NCBI GenBank assembly: GCA_017407205.1
Contig: JAFQXA010000034.1
Location: forward strand, 35,584-99,583
Source: Clostridia bacterium
GTDB lineage: Bacteria > Bacillota > Clostridia > Christensenellales > CAG-138
DNA: 64,000 nt
Direction of reading: 5' to 3'
Positions 8,380-18,300 of this stretch are shown here, in pieces. Positions within the stretch are counted from its first letter, which is position 1; every line of letters begins with the position of its first letter. A program made the translations under genes and the position numbers. The notes beneath the pieces are model-generated. The model saw only the letters and a list, made by a program, of their open reading frames with translations, ran no database searches and had not been told where the DNA came from.

Positions 8380-9010
8380 TGCCCAATATTCCTTGTATAA
8401 ATGATTGTCTGTGTTCCTTACAGGGACCTAATTCCAAAAGACCTGCAATATGTTCTTTCGTTCCGTAGCCTTTATTCTTTGCAAACGCATAGCCGGGATA
8501 CTTACTGTCAAGCTCTACCATGTATCTGTCACGCTCAACCTTTGCAAATATGGATGCTGCTGCGATTGAGTAGGACAATGCATCACCGTGATACATACTC
8601 TCCTGTTTTGCAGATATCTCAAGCCCTTTAACGGCATCAACAAGCACGTGAGTGCAGGGCATTGTCTTTGTCATTTCTTCAAAAGCAAGCTTGAATGCAA
8701 GCTTTGTAGCACCCATAATCCCCATACGGTCTATATCCTCCGCGCTTACCCAACCGACACCCAACCCGAGTGCTGTTTCTTTTATAAGGCCATGAAGCTT
8801 TTCACGCCTTAAAGCCGTAACCTTTTTTGAGTCATTCACATATTCAAGAAGCGGCGTTTGAGGCATTATAACGCAGGCGGCTACAACGGGGCCTGCCAAA
8901 GGTCCTCTTCCCACCTCGTCCATACCTGCAACAAAAATGCCTTGGCTCCAATATTTCTGTTCAAGCTCCGTCATTTTCAAAAGACGTGCCTGTTCGTCTG
9001 CTTTTGCCAT
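8372..9010 (-). CDS. rnhB: ribonuclease HII
   Basis: 212 aa. AGMDEVGRGPLAGPVV and DSKK motifs. Confidence 0.93.
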   Translation of the reverse strand: MAKADEQARLLKMTELEQKYWSQGIFVAGMDEVGRGPLAGPVVAACVIMPQTPLLEYVNDSKKVTALRREKLHGLIKETALGLGVGWVSAEDIDRMGIMGATKLAFKLAFEEMTKTMPCTHVLVDAVKGLEISAKQESMYHGDALSYSIAAASIFAKVERDRYMVELDSKYPGYAFAKNKGYGTKEHIAGLLELGPCKEHRQSFIQGILGNA

Positions 9011-9877
9011 TTATTCCTCGCTGTTTTTATTCATGTCACTTACTTTATCAAGCGTTATCTTTGCAATCTTACCGCCCCTGAATTCATCAAGCACGATTCT
9101 TGCAGCGCGCTCCGTATCGTAAATTCCGCCCTGCAAAATAAAGCCCCTGCTCTTTGCAACAGCACAAAGAAGCTCACTTTCCGTCATTCCGTCTTCAATC
9201 TTTTTATACCTTACACAAAGCTCATCCTTACAATGTGTCATAAGGCATGAAAGCAAAAGTCCCGCAAGCTCCTCGACGTCCAAAATGTCATCCCTTACCG
9301 AGCCGATAAAGGCAACGTGTCTTGCAAGCTTCTCATCCTCAAGCTTTGGCCATAAAAGACCTGGAGTATCCATAAGCTCCAGGTAAGGCGATATTTTCAC
9401 CCATTGCTTGCCCTTGGTAACACCGGGCTTATCGCCGACCTGTGCGCGATTCAAGCCTGCAATGCTGTTTATAAATGTTGATTTACCGACATTAGGAATA
9501 CCGACAATCATTGCACGAACCGTCTTTGCAATGCCCTTCGCTTTAAATCTTTCAACCTTTTCTTTTGCGGCTTCCTCTATCAAAGCAATTTCATTTTTAC
9601 GCTTTGATGTATGCGTTGCAATACACTCTATTGCCTTTATACCATTAGCTTTATAATACTCTATCCAGCGTTTGTTTTCGTTCTTGTCGGCCAAGTCTGC
9701 CTTGTTTAATATAATAACTCTGTCCTTATTTTGGAAAAGCGTATCAAAATCCGGGTTGCGTGTAGCTATAGGCGCTCTTGCATCAACAATTTCAATCACC
9801 ACATCAATAAGTTTTAAACTCTCCTGCAAGAGGCGCTTCGCCTTTGCCATGTGTCCGGGATACCACTGTATTATCAT
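9011..9877 (-). CDS. rbgA: ribosome biogenesis GTPase A (YlqF/RbgA)
   Basis: The ORF track extends to 9964 and would overlap rplS. I prefer ATG at comp. 9875-9877 (MIIQWYPGHMAKAKR) with an AAGAGGA RBS. Circularly permuted GTPase motifs NKADL...GIPNVGKST. Confidence 0.9.
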   Translation of the reverse strand: MIIQWYPGHMAKAKRLLQESLKLIDVVIEIVDARAPIATRNPDFDTLFQNKDRVIILNKADLADKNENKRWIEYYKANGIKAIECIATHTSKRKNEIALIEEAAKEKVERFKAKGIAKTVRAMIVGIPNVGKSTFINSIAGLNRAQVGDKPGVTKGKQWVKISPYLELMDTPGLLWPKLEDEKLARHVAFIGSVRDDILDVEELAGLLLSCLMTHCKDELCVRYKKIEDGMTESELLCAVAKSRGFILQGGIYDTERAARIVLDEFRGGKIAKITLDKVSDMNKNSEE

Positions 9878-9953
9878 TTTTAATCCTCTTATCTTCGACT
9901 TTGTTAAAGAAAAAGCCTCCAAAGCCAAGCCTTGGAGGCATTTTGCGACATTC

Positions 9954-10307
9954 TTATTTCTCAACTATGCGCTCAACAACCTTAGCCGCTTTACCGACTC
10001 TGTTGCGGAGATAGTAGAGCTTAGCTCTGCGTACTTTACCGTGACGCACAACTTCGATTCTGCCAAGTCTGGGGCTGTTGTAGGGGAATGTTCTCTCAAC
10101 GCCTACGCCGTAGGAAATTCTGCGAACTGTGAACGACTTGCGGATACCGCCGCCCTGCATTTTGATAACTGTACCTTCAAAGTTCTGCAATCTTTCGCGT
10201 GTACCTTCGATAACCTTTACGAATACGCGGACTGTGTCACCGATTTCCAACTTGGGAAGATCTGTTCTGATTTGTTCTTTTTCAAGTTCTCTGATAATAT
10301 TGGACAT
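9954..10307 (-). CDS. rplS: 50S ribosomal protein L19
   Basis: 117 aa. [16 protein letters not shown]...[20 protein letters not shown]. Confidence 0.97.
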   Translation of the reverse strand: MSNIIRELEKEQIRTDLPKLEIGDTVRVFVKVIEGTRERLQNFEGTVIKMQGGGIRKSFTVRRISYGVGVERTFPYNSPRLGRIEVVRHGKVRRAKLYYLRNRVGKAAKVVERIVEK

Positions 10308-10383
10308 TTCGTGCCTCTCCTTTCATAGACGTTCATACCTGCATCGAAAGCACAGACAGCGGACCGTCCGTCATACGCACTAC

Positions 10384-10412
10384 ATTGTACTATATAATTC
10401 CAAACAATGCAA
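10384..10412 (-). promoter_or_regulatory. putative rplS promoter followed by a ~70-nt leader
   Basis: The reverse strand reads TTGCAT, a 17-nt spacer, then TACAAT. The leader (10308-10380) is GC-richer (GACGGACGGTCCGCTGTC) and might be an L19-type leader. Not verified. Confidence 0.45.
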
Positions 10413-10427
10413 TGCTTTTTTTGATAT

Positions 10428-11129
10428 TTATTTCAATTTCTCTAATAAATCGGGACGACGCTTTCTTGTTTCTTCAAGTGCCATGTTCCTTCTCCACTTT
10501 TCAATGTTTGCATGGTTACCCGAAAGCAGAACATCGGGAACCTTCATCCCCCTAAATTCTGCAGGCCGCGTGTACTGCGGATACTCAAGGAGCCCATATG
10601 AAAACGATTCATCTTTATTGGAATCTTCACTGCCCAAAACTCCGTATATAAAACGGCTCAGGCAATCAATAAGCACCATTGCAGGCAATTCTCCGCCTGT
10701 CAACACATAGTCTCCTATCGAAACTTCCCTGTCCATTACAGACAAGGCACGCTCGTCTATTCCCTCATAGTGGCCGCAAAGCAGTAAGAGCGAGTCCTTT
10801 TGTGAAAGCTCCTTTGCCAAATCGGGCGTTAAGACGTCCCCTCTGGGCGTAAGAGCGATCCTGTATGCCGTGTGGTCTTTATCTACGGCATCAAGGCAGG
10901 AAAATATGGGTTGCGGCATCATTACCATGCCGGCACCCCCACCGAATGGATAATCGTCAGTATTTTTGTGCTTGCTCTCTGAATAATCGCGGATATTGTG
11001 CAATACAAACTCAAGTATTCCTTTTTCGTTTGCACGCTTCATTATGCTTGAGTACAGCACGCCCTCAAACATTTCGGGAAAAAGTGTTAAGATATCAATC
11101 TTCAAAAAGCCCCACCTCCGCAAGAACAT
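10428..11129 (-). CDS. trmD: tRNA (guanine37-N1)-methyltransferase
   Basis: KIDILTLFPEMF..., GHYEGIDER. An alternative TTG start at 11105 behind GGAGGTGGGG is more likely than the track ATG at 11129. Overlaps the rimM end. Confidence 0.95.
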   Translation of the reverse strand: MFLRRWGFLKIDILTLFPEMFEGVLYSSIMKRANEKGILEFVLHNIRDYSESKHKNTDDYPFGGGAGMVMMPQPIFSCLDAVDKDHTAYRIALTPRGDVLTPDLAKELSQKDSLLLLCGHYEGIDERALSVMDREVSIGDYVLTGGELPAMVLIDCLSRFIYGVLGSEDSNKDESFSYGLLEYPQYTRPAEFRGMKVPDVLLSGNHANIEKWRRNMALEETRKRRPDLLEKLK

Positions 11130-11628
11130 CCTTGTAAAGCGTTATCTTTTTGTTCTCAATATCCACTTCTTTTAATACTTTCCTGAGTGCAGGAAGCAAA
11201 AGCTTTTTCTCGCCTTTTATCTCATAGACATCGTTTGCACCTGTAAAATAAACTTCCGTAAGCTTGCCGTATGAGATGCCGTCAGTATCAAAAACCTCAC
11301 AACCGATAAGGTCAACAACAAAGTATTCGCCCTTTGGCAATTTGCGTGCATTCTTTCTGTCAACACACAGATATCTGTTTCTCAGGGTTTCGGCAGCATT
11401 GCGGTCTTCATAGCCTTCAAGCTGCAAATACACATCTTCACCGCTTACGGTTGCGTTTTTCACCTTTACGCTTTGGTACTTGCCTGCTATTTCAAGATAA
11501 GCGTCGGAAAGTGCGTTAAAGCGGCCCGGATCATCTGATAGGGGCAACACCTTCAACGCACCTTTTACACCATGTGGGCGTAATATAACGCCCACTCTTA
11601 AATAATCTTTATTTTTCGTTGTATCCAT
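11095..11628 (-). CDS. rimM: 16S rRNA processing protein RimM
   Basis: 177 aa. VGVILRPHGVKGALKV, PRC-barrel C-terminus. Conserved rpsP-KH-rimM-trmD-rplS order. Confidence 0.9.
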   Translation of the reverse strand: MDTTKNKDYLRVGVILRPHGVKGALKVLPLSDDPGRFNALSDAYLEIAGKYQSVKVKNATVSGEDVYLQLEGYEDRNAAETLRNRYLCVDRKNARKLPKGEYFVVDLIGCEVFDTDGISYGKLTEVYFTGANDVYEIKGEKKLLLPALRKVLKEVDIENKKITLYKDVLAEVGLFED

Positions 11629-11630
11629 AC

Positions 11631-11876
11631 TCAGTCAACTTCGAGTATATTTACCGAATATCTTCTGTCTTCCTGTGCTGAAGCTGCCTTGACAACGGTG
11701 CGTATAGCCTTTGCAATACGGCCCTGCTTGCCTATAACCTTGCCCATGTCTTCAGGAGCAACAGTAAGCTCGATAACAGTAGTATTTTCCTCAACCTTTT
11801 CTTCAACCTTAACTTCGTCGGGCTTATCAACAAGGTTCATAGAAATATACTTAACAAGTTCTGCGATATTTCCCAT
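11631..11876 (-). CDS. KH-domain RNA-binding protein (YlqC/UPF0109)
   Basis: 81 aa with GKVIGKQGRIAKAIRTV (GxxG KH motif). Confidence 0.8.
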   Translation of the reverse strand: MGNIAELVKYISMNLVDKPDEVKVEEKVEENTTVIELTVAPEDMGKVIGKQGRIAKAIRTVVKAASAQEDRRYSVNILEVD

Positions 11877-11888
11877 TACTGTCCCTCG

Positions 11889-12131
11889 TTATTGAATAGC
11901 ACCGGACTTCTTAAGAAGATCACGAACTGTATCTGTGGGCTGTGCACCGTTCTTCATCCATTCGATTGCACGGTCATTCTTGATGTTGATTGTTGCAGGT
12001 TCTGTCAAGGGGTTGTAATAACCGATTTCCTCAACGAAAGCACCATCACGGGGTGCGCGTGAATCTGCAACAACTACACGGTAGAAAGGAGCCTTCTTAG
12101 CACCCATTCTTCTCAATCTGATCTTAAGCAT
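11889..12131 (-). CDS. rpsP: 30S ribosomal protein S16
   Basis: The track starts at 12146. I prefer ATG at comp. 12129-12131 ([21 protein letters not shown]) behind GGAGGAAAG. Confidence 0.95.
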   Translation of the reverse strand: MLKIRLRRMGAKKAPFYRVVVADSRAPRDGAFVEEIGYYNPLTEPATINIKNDRAIEWMKNGAQPTDTVRDLLKKSGAIQ

Positions 12132-12194
12132 AAAACTTTCCTCCAAAAAAATATTTCTTTTATTATGTTAAAAGGTATTTCCTTAAAACTCTAC

Positions 12195-13553
12195 TTAAAA
12201 CTTAAACGGAAATCCGCCGCGTTTTCCGCCCTTTGAACGCTTCATAAACTTACCGAGTCCGCCATTCGTAAGCTTTTTCATAAGCTTGCGTGAGCTTTCA
12301 AACTGGCTGAGTAATCGATTCACGTCCTGCACCTGTACGCCGCTTCCTGCCGCTATTCTGCGTCTTCTTGAAGCATTGATTATGTCGGGATTTCTGCGTT
12401 CTTTTGCAGTCATGGACTTGATTATAGCTTCCGTTCTTGCAACTTGCTTTTCATCAATTTCCACATCGCCCATCTTGCTTGCATCCATGCCCGGCATCAT
12501 ACCAAGTATTTCTTGAAGCGAGCCCATCTTTTTCATCTGCGCAAACTGTTCCAAGAAATCATCGAGTGTAAACTCGGCTTTACGCATCTTTTCTTCAAGC
12601 TCTACAGCCTTCTTTTCATCAAAGACCGACTGTGCTTTTTCAATGAGCGTAAGCACATCGCCCATGCCCAATATTCTTGATGCCATTCTGTCGGGATAAA
12701 AAGGCTCAATCTCCGTAAGCTTTTCGCCTACACCACAGAACTTTATGGGCTTGCCCGTAACCTCGCGGACTGACAAGGCCGCACCGCCTCTTGTATCACC
12801 GTCGAGCTTGGTGATTATAACACCCGTCAGCTCAAGCTTATCATTAAACGCCTTTGCTGCATTAACAGCATCCTGACCTGTCATTGCATCGATAACAAGG
12901 AGTATTTCGGCAGGGTTTAATTCGTCCCTTATTGCAGCAATCTCATCCATCATGCTTTCGTCAATATGGAGTCTGCCTGCCGTATCAACGATTACAAGGT
13001 CATTGAAATTGCGTTTTGCGTGCTCAATAGCAAGCTTTGCAGTTTCAATGGGATTTTCCTGTCCACGTTCAAATACGGGGATACCTGCTTTTTCGCCAAC
13101 TACCTGAAGCTGTTTTACAGCAGCAGGTCTGTATACGTCACAAGCTACAAGAAGCGGAGATTTTCCAAACTGCTTTTTTAAGTGCAATGCAAGCTTTGCC
13201 GCCATCGTGGTTTTACCTGCGCCCTGCAAGCCTGCAAGGAGAATTACCGACGGCACGGAAGCACCAAACTCAAGTTTGCTGTTTGTAGTGCCCATCAAAC
13301 GAGTCATTTCCTCGTTTACTATCTTTATAACCTGCTGACCGGGAGTGAGTGCCTCAAGCACTTCACTTCCAACGCAACGCTCGGTAACTGTATTTACAAA
13401 CTTCTTAACTACACCAAAACCTACATCGGCTTCAAGGAGTGCAAGCTTTACTTCGCGCATTGCTTCGCGGACATCTTTTTCCGTAAGCTTACCCCTGCCC
13501 GACAATTTTTTGAACACATTCTGAAGTTTTGTGGTTAAGCCTTCAAATGCCAT
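12195..13553 (-). CDS. ffh: signal recognition particle protein Ffh
   Basis: 452 aa. GLQGAGKTT, DTAGR, Met-rich M domain (ILGMGDV...GMMPGM). Confidence 0.97.
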   Translation of the reverse strand: MAFEGLTTKLQNVFKKLSGRGKLTEKDVREAMREVKLALLEADVGFGVVKKFVNTVTERCVGSEVLEALTPGQQVIKIVNEEMTRLMGTTNSKLEFGASVPSVILLAGLQGAGKTTMAAKLALHLKKQFGKSPLLVACDVYRPAAVKQLQVVGEKAGIPVFERGQENPIETAKLAIEHAKRNFNDLVIVDTAGRLHIDESMMDEIAAIRDELNPAEILLVIDAMTGQDAVNAAKAFNDKLELTGVIITKLDGDTRGGAALSVREVTGKPIKFCGVGEKLTEIEPFYPDRMASRILGMGDVLTLIEKAQSVFDEKKAVELEEKMRKAEFTLDDFLEQFAQMKKMGSLQEILGMMPGMDASKMGDVEIDEKQVARTEAIIKSMTAKERRNPDIINASRRRRIAAGSGVQVQDVNRLLSQFESSRKLMKKLTNGGLGKFMKRSKGGKRGGFPFKF

Positions 13554-13893
13554 AATATTCCTCGCAAATATTCTTTAACTCATCAATGAGTAAAGCATAC
13601 TCATTATATAAACCGCTTGCTTTCAAGCTTTCTTCAAGCTTCAAAAGCTTTGCTAAAATCCTGTCCGTCCTGTCAACGACCAAAAGCTTTTCTTCCATAT
13701 CCGTCAAGGTGTTTTTTGCACGCTGTATTCCGTCCCTCACACCTTGCCTTGAGATGTTTTCCCGCTCTGCAATCTCAGAAAGAGAATAATCATCATTTAT
13801 ATACTGCTCAAGCACATTCCTTGAACTTGGTGTCAAAAAAGCACCGTAACAGTCCAATAAACGGGACATTTTTATATTATCCAAACATATCAC
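13543..13893 (-). CDS. ylxM: YlxM/p13-like putative DNA-binding protein (UPF0122)
   Basis: LLDCYGAFLT...YSLSEIAERENISRQGVRDGIQRA. Overlaps the ffh start. The start codon is uncertain (GTG 13893 vs ATG 13869). Confidence 0.8.
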   Translation of the reverse strand: MICLDNIKMSRLLDCYGAFLTPSSRNVLEQYINDDYSLSEIAERENISRQGVRDGIQRAKNTLTDMEEKLLVVDRTDRILAKLLKLEESLKASGLYNEYALLIDELKNICEEYYGI

Positions 13894-13903
13894 CGCTTTC
13901 GCT

Positions 13904-13927
13904 CTGTAAAGTATTTTTACTTTACAG
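13904..13927. other. AT-rich perfect hairpin upstream of ylxM-ffh
   Basis: CTGTAAAGTA-tttt-TACTTTACAG (10-bp stem). Function unknown. Confidence 0.3.
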
Positions 13928-13984
13928 CTATACCATTATACATCATTTATAGGATTTGTCAATAGTCTTTCAGTAATAACGGAA

Positions 13985-14020
13985 CAAAAAACAGCACCCT
14001 GCCTATTTATGCAAGGTGCT
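13985..14020 (-). terminator. intrinsic terminator of the zinc-ribbon gene
   Basis: Reverse strand: AGCACCTTGC-ataaatag-GCAGGGTGCT, followed by GTTTTTTGTT. Confidence 0.7.
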
Positions 14021-14072
14021 ATGTTTGTAATGTTTATCGAACGCTAAAAATGTAGGACAAGCAAAAGCTGTA

Positions 14073-14348
14073 TTATCTGCTTCTCTGTGCCTTGAAGCAC
14101 TCGCTGCAATAAACAGGCTTATCGTTCTTGGGTACGAACGGAAGCTTTGTGGGTGCGCCACACTGTGAGCAAATTGCATCGTACATTTCTCTTTCACCAT
14201 TACGCTGGCTCTTGCGAGCATTTCTGCAGCTCTTGCAACGAGTGGGCTCATTCTGGAAACCCTTCTCAGCGTAAAATTCCTGCTCACCTGCTGTGAAAAC
14301 GAATTCTGCACCGCAATCCTTGCATACCAAAGTTTTGTCCTCGAACAT
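14073..14348 (-). CDS. zinc-ribbon domain protein (two CxxC...CxxC knuckle pairs)
   Basis: 91 aa. CKDCGAEF...CKSCRN and CSQCGAP...CSECF. AAGGGGA RBS. Confidence 0.7.
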   Translation of the reverse strand: MFEDKTLVCKDCGAEFVFTAGEQEFYAEKGFQNEPTRCKSCRNARKSQRNGEREMYDAICSQCGAPTKLPFVPKNDKPVYCSECFKAQRSR

Positions 14349-14389
14349 TGTAAAATCCCCTTAAAAAATTATTTTAGCTATTCAAATAC

Positions 14390-14601
14390 GCAGCTGACCT
14401 GGTCTTTGACCCCACACTCGCCAACAGGACGGTTTGCTACTAGGCATTTTCGCTTCCCACTCCCCGTCTCTCGACACAAGGCCGGTTGGACTTACTTCTA
14501 AGCCGCACCATGATCACCGAAATTTTTTCAGCTTACGTGGATCGTTTAGCCTGCGACTGGCATCGACTTTCAACCACAGACCTGCACATTAGAATAACCT
14601 G
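14390..14601 (-). ncRNA. candidate structured RNA (stand-alone ncRNA or long 5' leader of the zinc-ribbon gene); class unknown
   Basis: The 347-nt intergenic gap has no credible ORF and is visibly GC-richer than its flanks. It has its own promoter (14608-14636). Long-range pairing: 14579-14583 with 14402-14406, 14571-14574 with 14407-14410, 14558-14562 with 14421-14425 (includes a G-U valid only on the minus strand), and 14551-14554 with 14426-14429. The 3' end is undefined. Confidence 0.4.
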
Positions 14602-14607
14602 TTATAA

Positions 14608-14636
14608 TTATATAACAAAACCGGCCAGAACGCAAG
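14608..14636 (-). promoter_or_regulatory. sigma-A-type promoter for the candidate RNA
   Basis: The reverse strand reads TTGCGT (comp. 14631-14636), a 17-nt spacer, then TATAAT (comp. 14608-14613). Confidence 0.55.
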
Positions 14637-14695
14637 AATTATTTTTCCAAATTTTACCTTTTTAACTTATTTTTTGATATTCTTCGAGATTTTTA

Positions 14696-15262
14696 TCAAC
14701 GCATATATGAAGCATCATATATGGCTCTCGGTCCGCCCACATACTTGGGGCGTGTACGAGCCATAGTAATATTTGCTTCCCCTATTTTTCTTGTCTTTGC
14801 GTGAATCGGAACTACAACGGCATGCATATGCATACCGATGAATGTACCGCCGATGTCAATGCCAAGCGATGCTTTCATCTTAATATCTTCTACCATCACG
14901 GGTTCTTTAAAGCACTTTTTAGCCTGCATAGCCATCGCGCCGCCTGCATGAAGTTGAGGCACAACCCAAACCTCGCTTAAGTCATACTTTTCCATGCACG
15001 CACGTTCTACAACAAGTGAACGGTTTAAATGCTCACAGCACTGCACCGCAAGATATAATCCGTACTTTTTTACAAAGGGCAGCAATACCGACATTACAGC
15101 ACTTGCCGCTTCCTCGGACGAGCCTGTACCGATGCACTTCCCCATTATCTCGCTGCTTGAACAGCCGATGACCAAAATATCACCCGGCTTTATATTGTGC
15201 TTTGAAGCCTCTTCAAGCTCCAAAAGCGCCTCTGTCATTTGTTGTTTTATTTTGTTTGTCAT
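14696..15262 (-). CDS. TIGR01440/UPF0340 (YwlG-like) family protein
   Basis: The track starts at 15370. I prefer ATG at comp. 15260-15262 (MTNKIKQQMTEA...) behind GGAGGA. GDILVIGCSSSEI...QCCEHLNR pattern. Confidence 0.75.
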   Translation of the reverse strand: MTNKIKQQMTEALLELEEASKHNIKPGDILVIGCSSSEIMGKCIGTGSSEEAASAVMSVLLPFVKKYGLYLAVQCCEHLNRSLVVERACMEKYDLSEVWVVPQLHAGGAMAMQAKKCFKEPVMVEDIKMKASLGIDIGGTFIGMHMHAVVVPIHAKTRKIGEANITMARTRPKYVGGPRAIYDASYMR

Positions 15263-15330
15263 AAAACATCCTCCAAAGCAATCTTCATGTATTTTATCAA
15301 TATAATTTACGTAATACAACCTTTTTACGC

Positions 15331-15366
15331 ATAAAAAGACTCTCGGCCAAAAAGCCGAGAGTCTTT
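15331..15366 (-). terminator. intrinsic terminator of the 1166-aa surface protein gene
   Basis: Reverse strand: AAAGACTCTCGGC-tttttg-GCCGAGAGTCTTT, followed by TTAT. Confidence 0.75.
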
Positions 15367-15374
15367 GCACCTAT

Positions 15375-18300
15375 TCATATTCCGATTACTTTTTTCTGCA
15401 ATGCCGCAATATCTCTCGAATTAAGTTCCTTGTCGGTTCTCATATCACCGGCAATGGTTGTAATTTCATCTGCTTGTGCTGTTCCCAGAATTATCTTCTG
15501 TATAGCGGCTATATCTCTTGAATTTATTTTGCCATCACCCGTCAAGTCGCCAACAATCGCAACATCGAGCGTATCAACAACTTCTCCGTCTATAACAAGC
15601 CTTATTTGTGCACCTGTGCCTACAAGCGCATCACCCTCTGTAATCTTGTTGCCCAGATTATCATAGATTTCTATATTTTCGGGCTTATCAAATGCAGTTA
15701 TTATCTGTATCAGAGAAGTTTTTTCTTCAACACCCTTTAACTTTCCGTTTTCTGCCACATAAGTGCTTTCCGCTTTAAGTGTAAGTCCACTCGGAACAGG
15801 CAGCGTAGGTTCAGGTGTGGATGTAGCCTCCGCTGTGGGTGTAGGCGTTGGGGGTACGATGTCCGACTTATAGTCAGTTATTACCTCTGCACCCAATGTT
15901 CTGCGAATTGCGTAGTTACTTATTGCACGGAGCATTATTACTGTTATGCGGTCAAAGCATAAGCTTCCGTCCAAGCCGTTGACTTTCATCGCAGTCGGTG
16001 CTTGATTTGCGTGTGCCTTGACATATTTGGCATACGCTTTTCCGAGATAAAGATAATCGTCTTTGTCTATCACTTCATCTTCAAATGTGTCTTCACGCAC
16101 AGGGTTGATGGGATTGGTTACTTCGTACACCGTTATGGTTTCAGGCAAATCCTTGTAATCCGAATCCCAGGAAAGTTCTTTGAGCACTTCCGCCGCCATC
16201 TCTGCATAAGTTGCCTGCCTGAAGATATATTTTACTTCTTCACCGTTTTTGTTTGTAAACTCAACAGTCTTGCTTGATGGAATCTGTGCATACATATCCT
16301 TTTGATATGCTTCATAAAGTGATGCGCAGGCAGTTATTGCAAGCTTCATCGGAATTTCATACGATGTTCTTGCTGTTTCATAGTCTGCGGAAATGCTTTC
16401 GGGCAATATGCCTGTTTTTCTGAAGCTTCGCATGATTCTTGCAAGCACCAGAAGTTGGTGTGTGAAATTCATGCTTCCGCTGTACGGGAAACCTTCTGTT
16501 TCTTCAAACTCTACTGTCATAAGCGGTTGACGTCTTGAATACTTGTCAAGCTGTTCAAGCTGTTGTTCAACAAAATGAACATATCCTTCCTTGCCTATCA
16601 GGTTTTCAGCTTCGTTTACAACAAAGCTGTCAGAAGCCGTCCAAGTAAGCTCTGTGCAATCCTGTAATATTACCCTGTGAACAGCACCTGTATTTGAAAG
16701 CTCCGAAACTGCCTTTGCACAAACATCAAAAAACTGTGACATATTGAGCAATTCGTCTTTCAGGATTACGCTTTGGGGCAGAATGAAGTTTTCATCATAG
16801 TAGTCAATAAGACTCTTTGATGCAGAAATTATATCCTCGACCTCAGCATAAGTCTTTCTCTCCATTGCTATATCAATATTTTCGGGAAGCTCGCCATATT
16901 TTGCAAGGTATGAGAATATTCTCATAACAGTTATCAGTGTACGGTTGTAGTCCATCCTTCCGTTTATTCCGTAGCTGTGGTTTACCGCAATAAAGGGCGC
17001 GGGAACACACAGATACTCGTTTTCTTGTGTGAGTGTATTCATCTGTGCAAGCTGCCTTTTTACGACGTTTGAGTATGCCAACTTACTCATTGTGTCAGAA
17101 GACATTCTTGCTTCCTCCACGCCTTGAGGCTCTGTGCAAGTATAGTATGGAACATCATTTTCGTTTGCATCAAGAAGATTTGTGAGTGCTTCACAGGCAA
17201 CTCTGAAATATGATGCTTTATTTGCTGTAATTTCACCAAATGTAAGACTTTCGGGAACTGTACCTGTTTCTTCGTATTCTTTTCCTGCCTCCATCAAAAC
17301 AGCCGTTGCTTCGTCAAGCGTGAATACAGCTTCCGGCTCAGGTGTAACAATAGGTTCGACTATTTCTTCGTCCAAATAGCGCTTTGCCATTCTGAACTCA
17401 AACTTATTGCCATATGAGTCATAAAGGGAACTTTTATTACTTACAAAGTATATAGGCATTTCAGTTGAGGGCCAGATTTCCGAAATATCCTGTTTTGCCT
17501 TGAAAGTGATTTCCATGAGCCTGTCTATTTTATTGATGGGAACAGCAGCATCCGACCAAATGAATCGGAATTCCTTTGTGTCCTCATTATATACACTTTC
17601 CTTTACAGTGTCTGCACTTCTGTCATCAGGTAACTTAAAAGAAACAAGCTCTATAAATTCCGTGTTGATTCTTATCGAGAAATCCATCGCGCCTATTCTT
17701 CTCGCCTTAAAGCCGACGGGGGCACTTATAGTTACTTTAAATTCTTCGCCTGCTGATATGGAATGCTTATCCGCTGTAAGATTAAACGCATTTTCTGCAG
17801 CTGTGTAGTTATATGTAACGGTTTTGTTCTTCATGCCCTTTACCGCACGCTGGAATGCCAAAAGATCCAAAGCATTGATTTTTTTGTTTCGGTCAACATC
17901 AATTACATCCTTTGTTATTCCAATATGCTTTGTGCCGTTTAAAATCGCATCCGTTATAATGTCGGAGTCCGTTTCATTTCCGTAGCCATCCGCATTAACA
18001 TCACCGTTGACAAGCATTACGATTGAATCCAAAATCGTTTCTTCATTTTCTCGGCAAACACACCAACCTGTACGAACTATGCTTTGATTGTCAGTTATTC
18101 TGTTGCCTTTTTCGTCTGCAACATACAAATCACGGTTCACAAAGTTTTTCAAAAACGCTTCAATCGTTGTGCCGCCGGGTACATTTTTCAGATAGTCAGT
18201 TGAATAATCAAGAACATAGAAGCTTTCTTCACGAAGCTCTATCGCCACTCTTTCATTTCTCTTGTATGCAGTTGTTATGTATTCCGGCAGAACACCGTTA

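Noticed and set aside
9878-9964. N-terminal extensions in the ORF track. The same issue occurs at 12132-12146, 15263-15370, 18876-18896, 29871-29906, 37565-37591, 38877-38936, 39811-39828, 49976-50005 and 52935-52985.
   Set aside because: The internal start codons have proper RBSs, avoid overlap with upstream genes, and match the conserved N-termini of the families.
9672-10710. Plus-strand ORFs of 218 aa and 193 aa
   Set aside because: They lie opposite rbgA, rplS and trmD, whose identities are unambiguous.
14003-14311. 102-aa minus-strand ORF overlapping the zinc-ribbon gene in another frame
   Set aside because: It has no RBS and runs through the terminator at 13985-14020. The 91-aa frame has the paired CxxC knuckles and an RBS.
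14390-14601. Identification of the structured element as SRP RNA, RNase P RNA, tmRNA or a cobalamin/ykkC-type riboswitch
   Set aside because: The universal SRP helix-8 sequence (GGAAGCAGC around a GGAA loop) is absent on either strand, and the ACCAGGUCAG match is too short. It is too short for RNase P and lacks GAGGAAAGUCC. It has no tRNA-like CCA end. Riboswitch-like fragments (GUCGAGAG, GGGAAGCG, GCCAGUCG) appear in the wrong order. It is left as unknown class.
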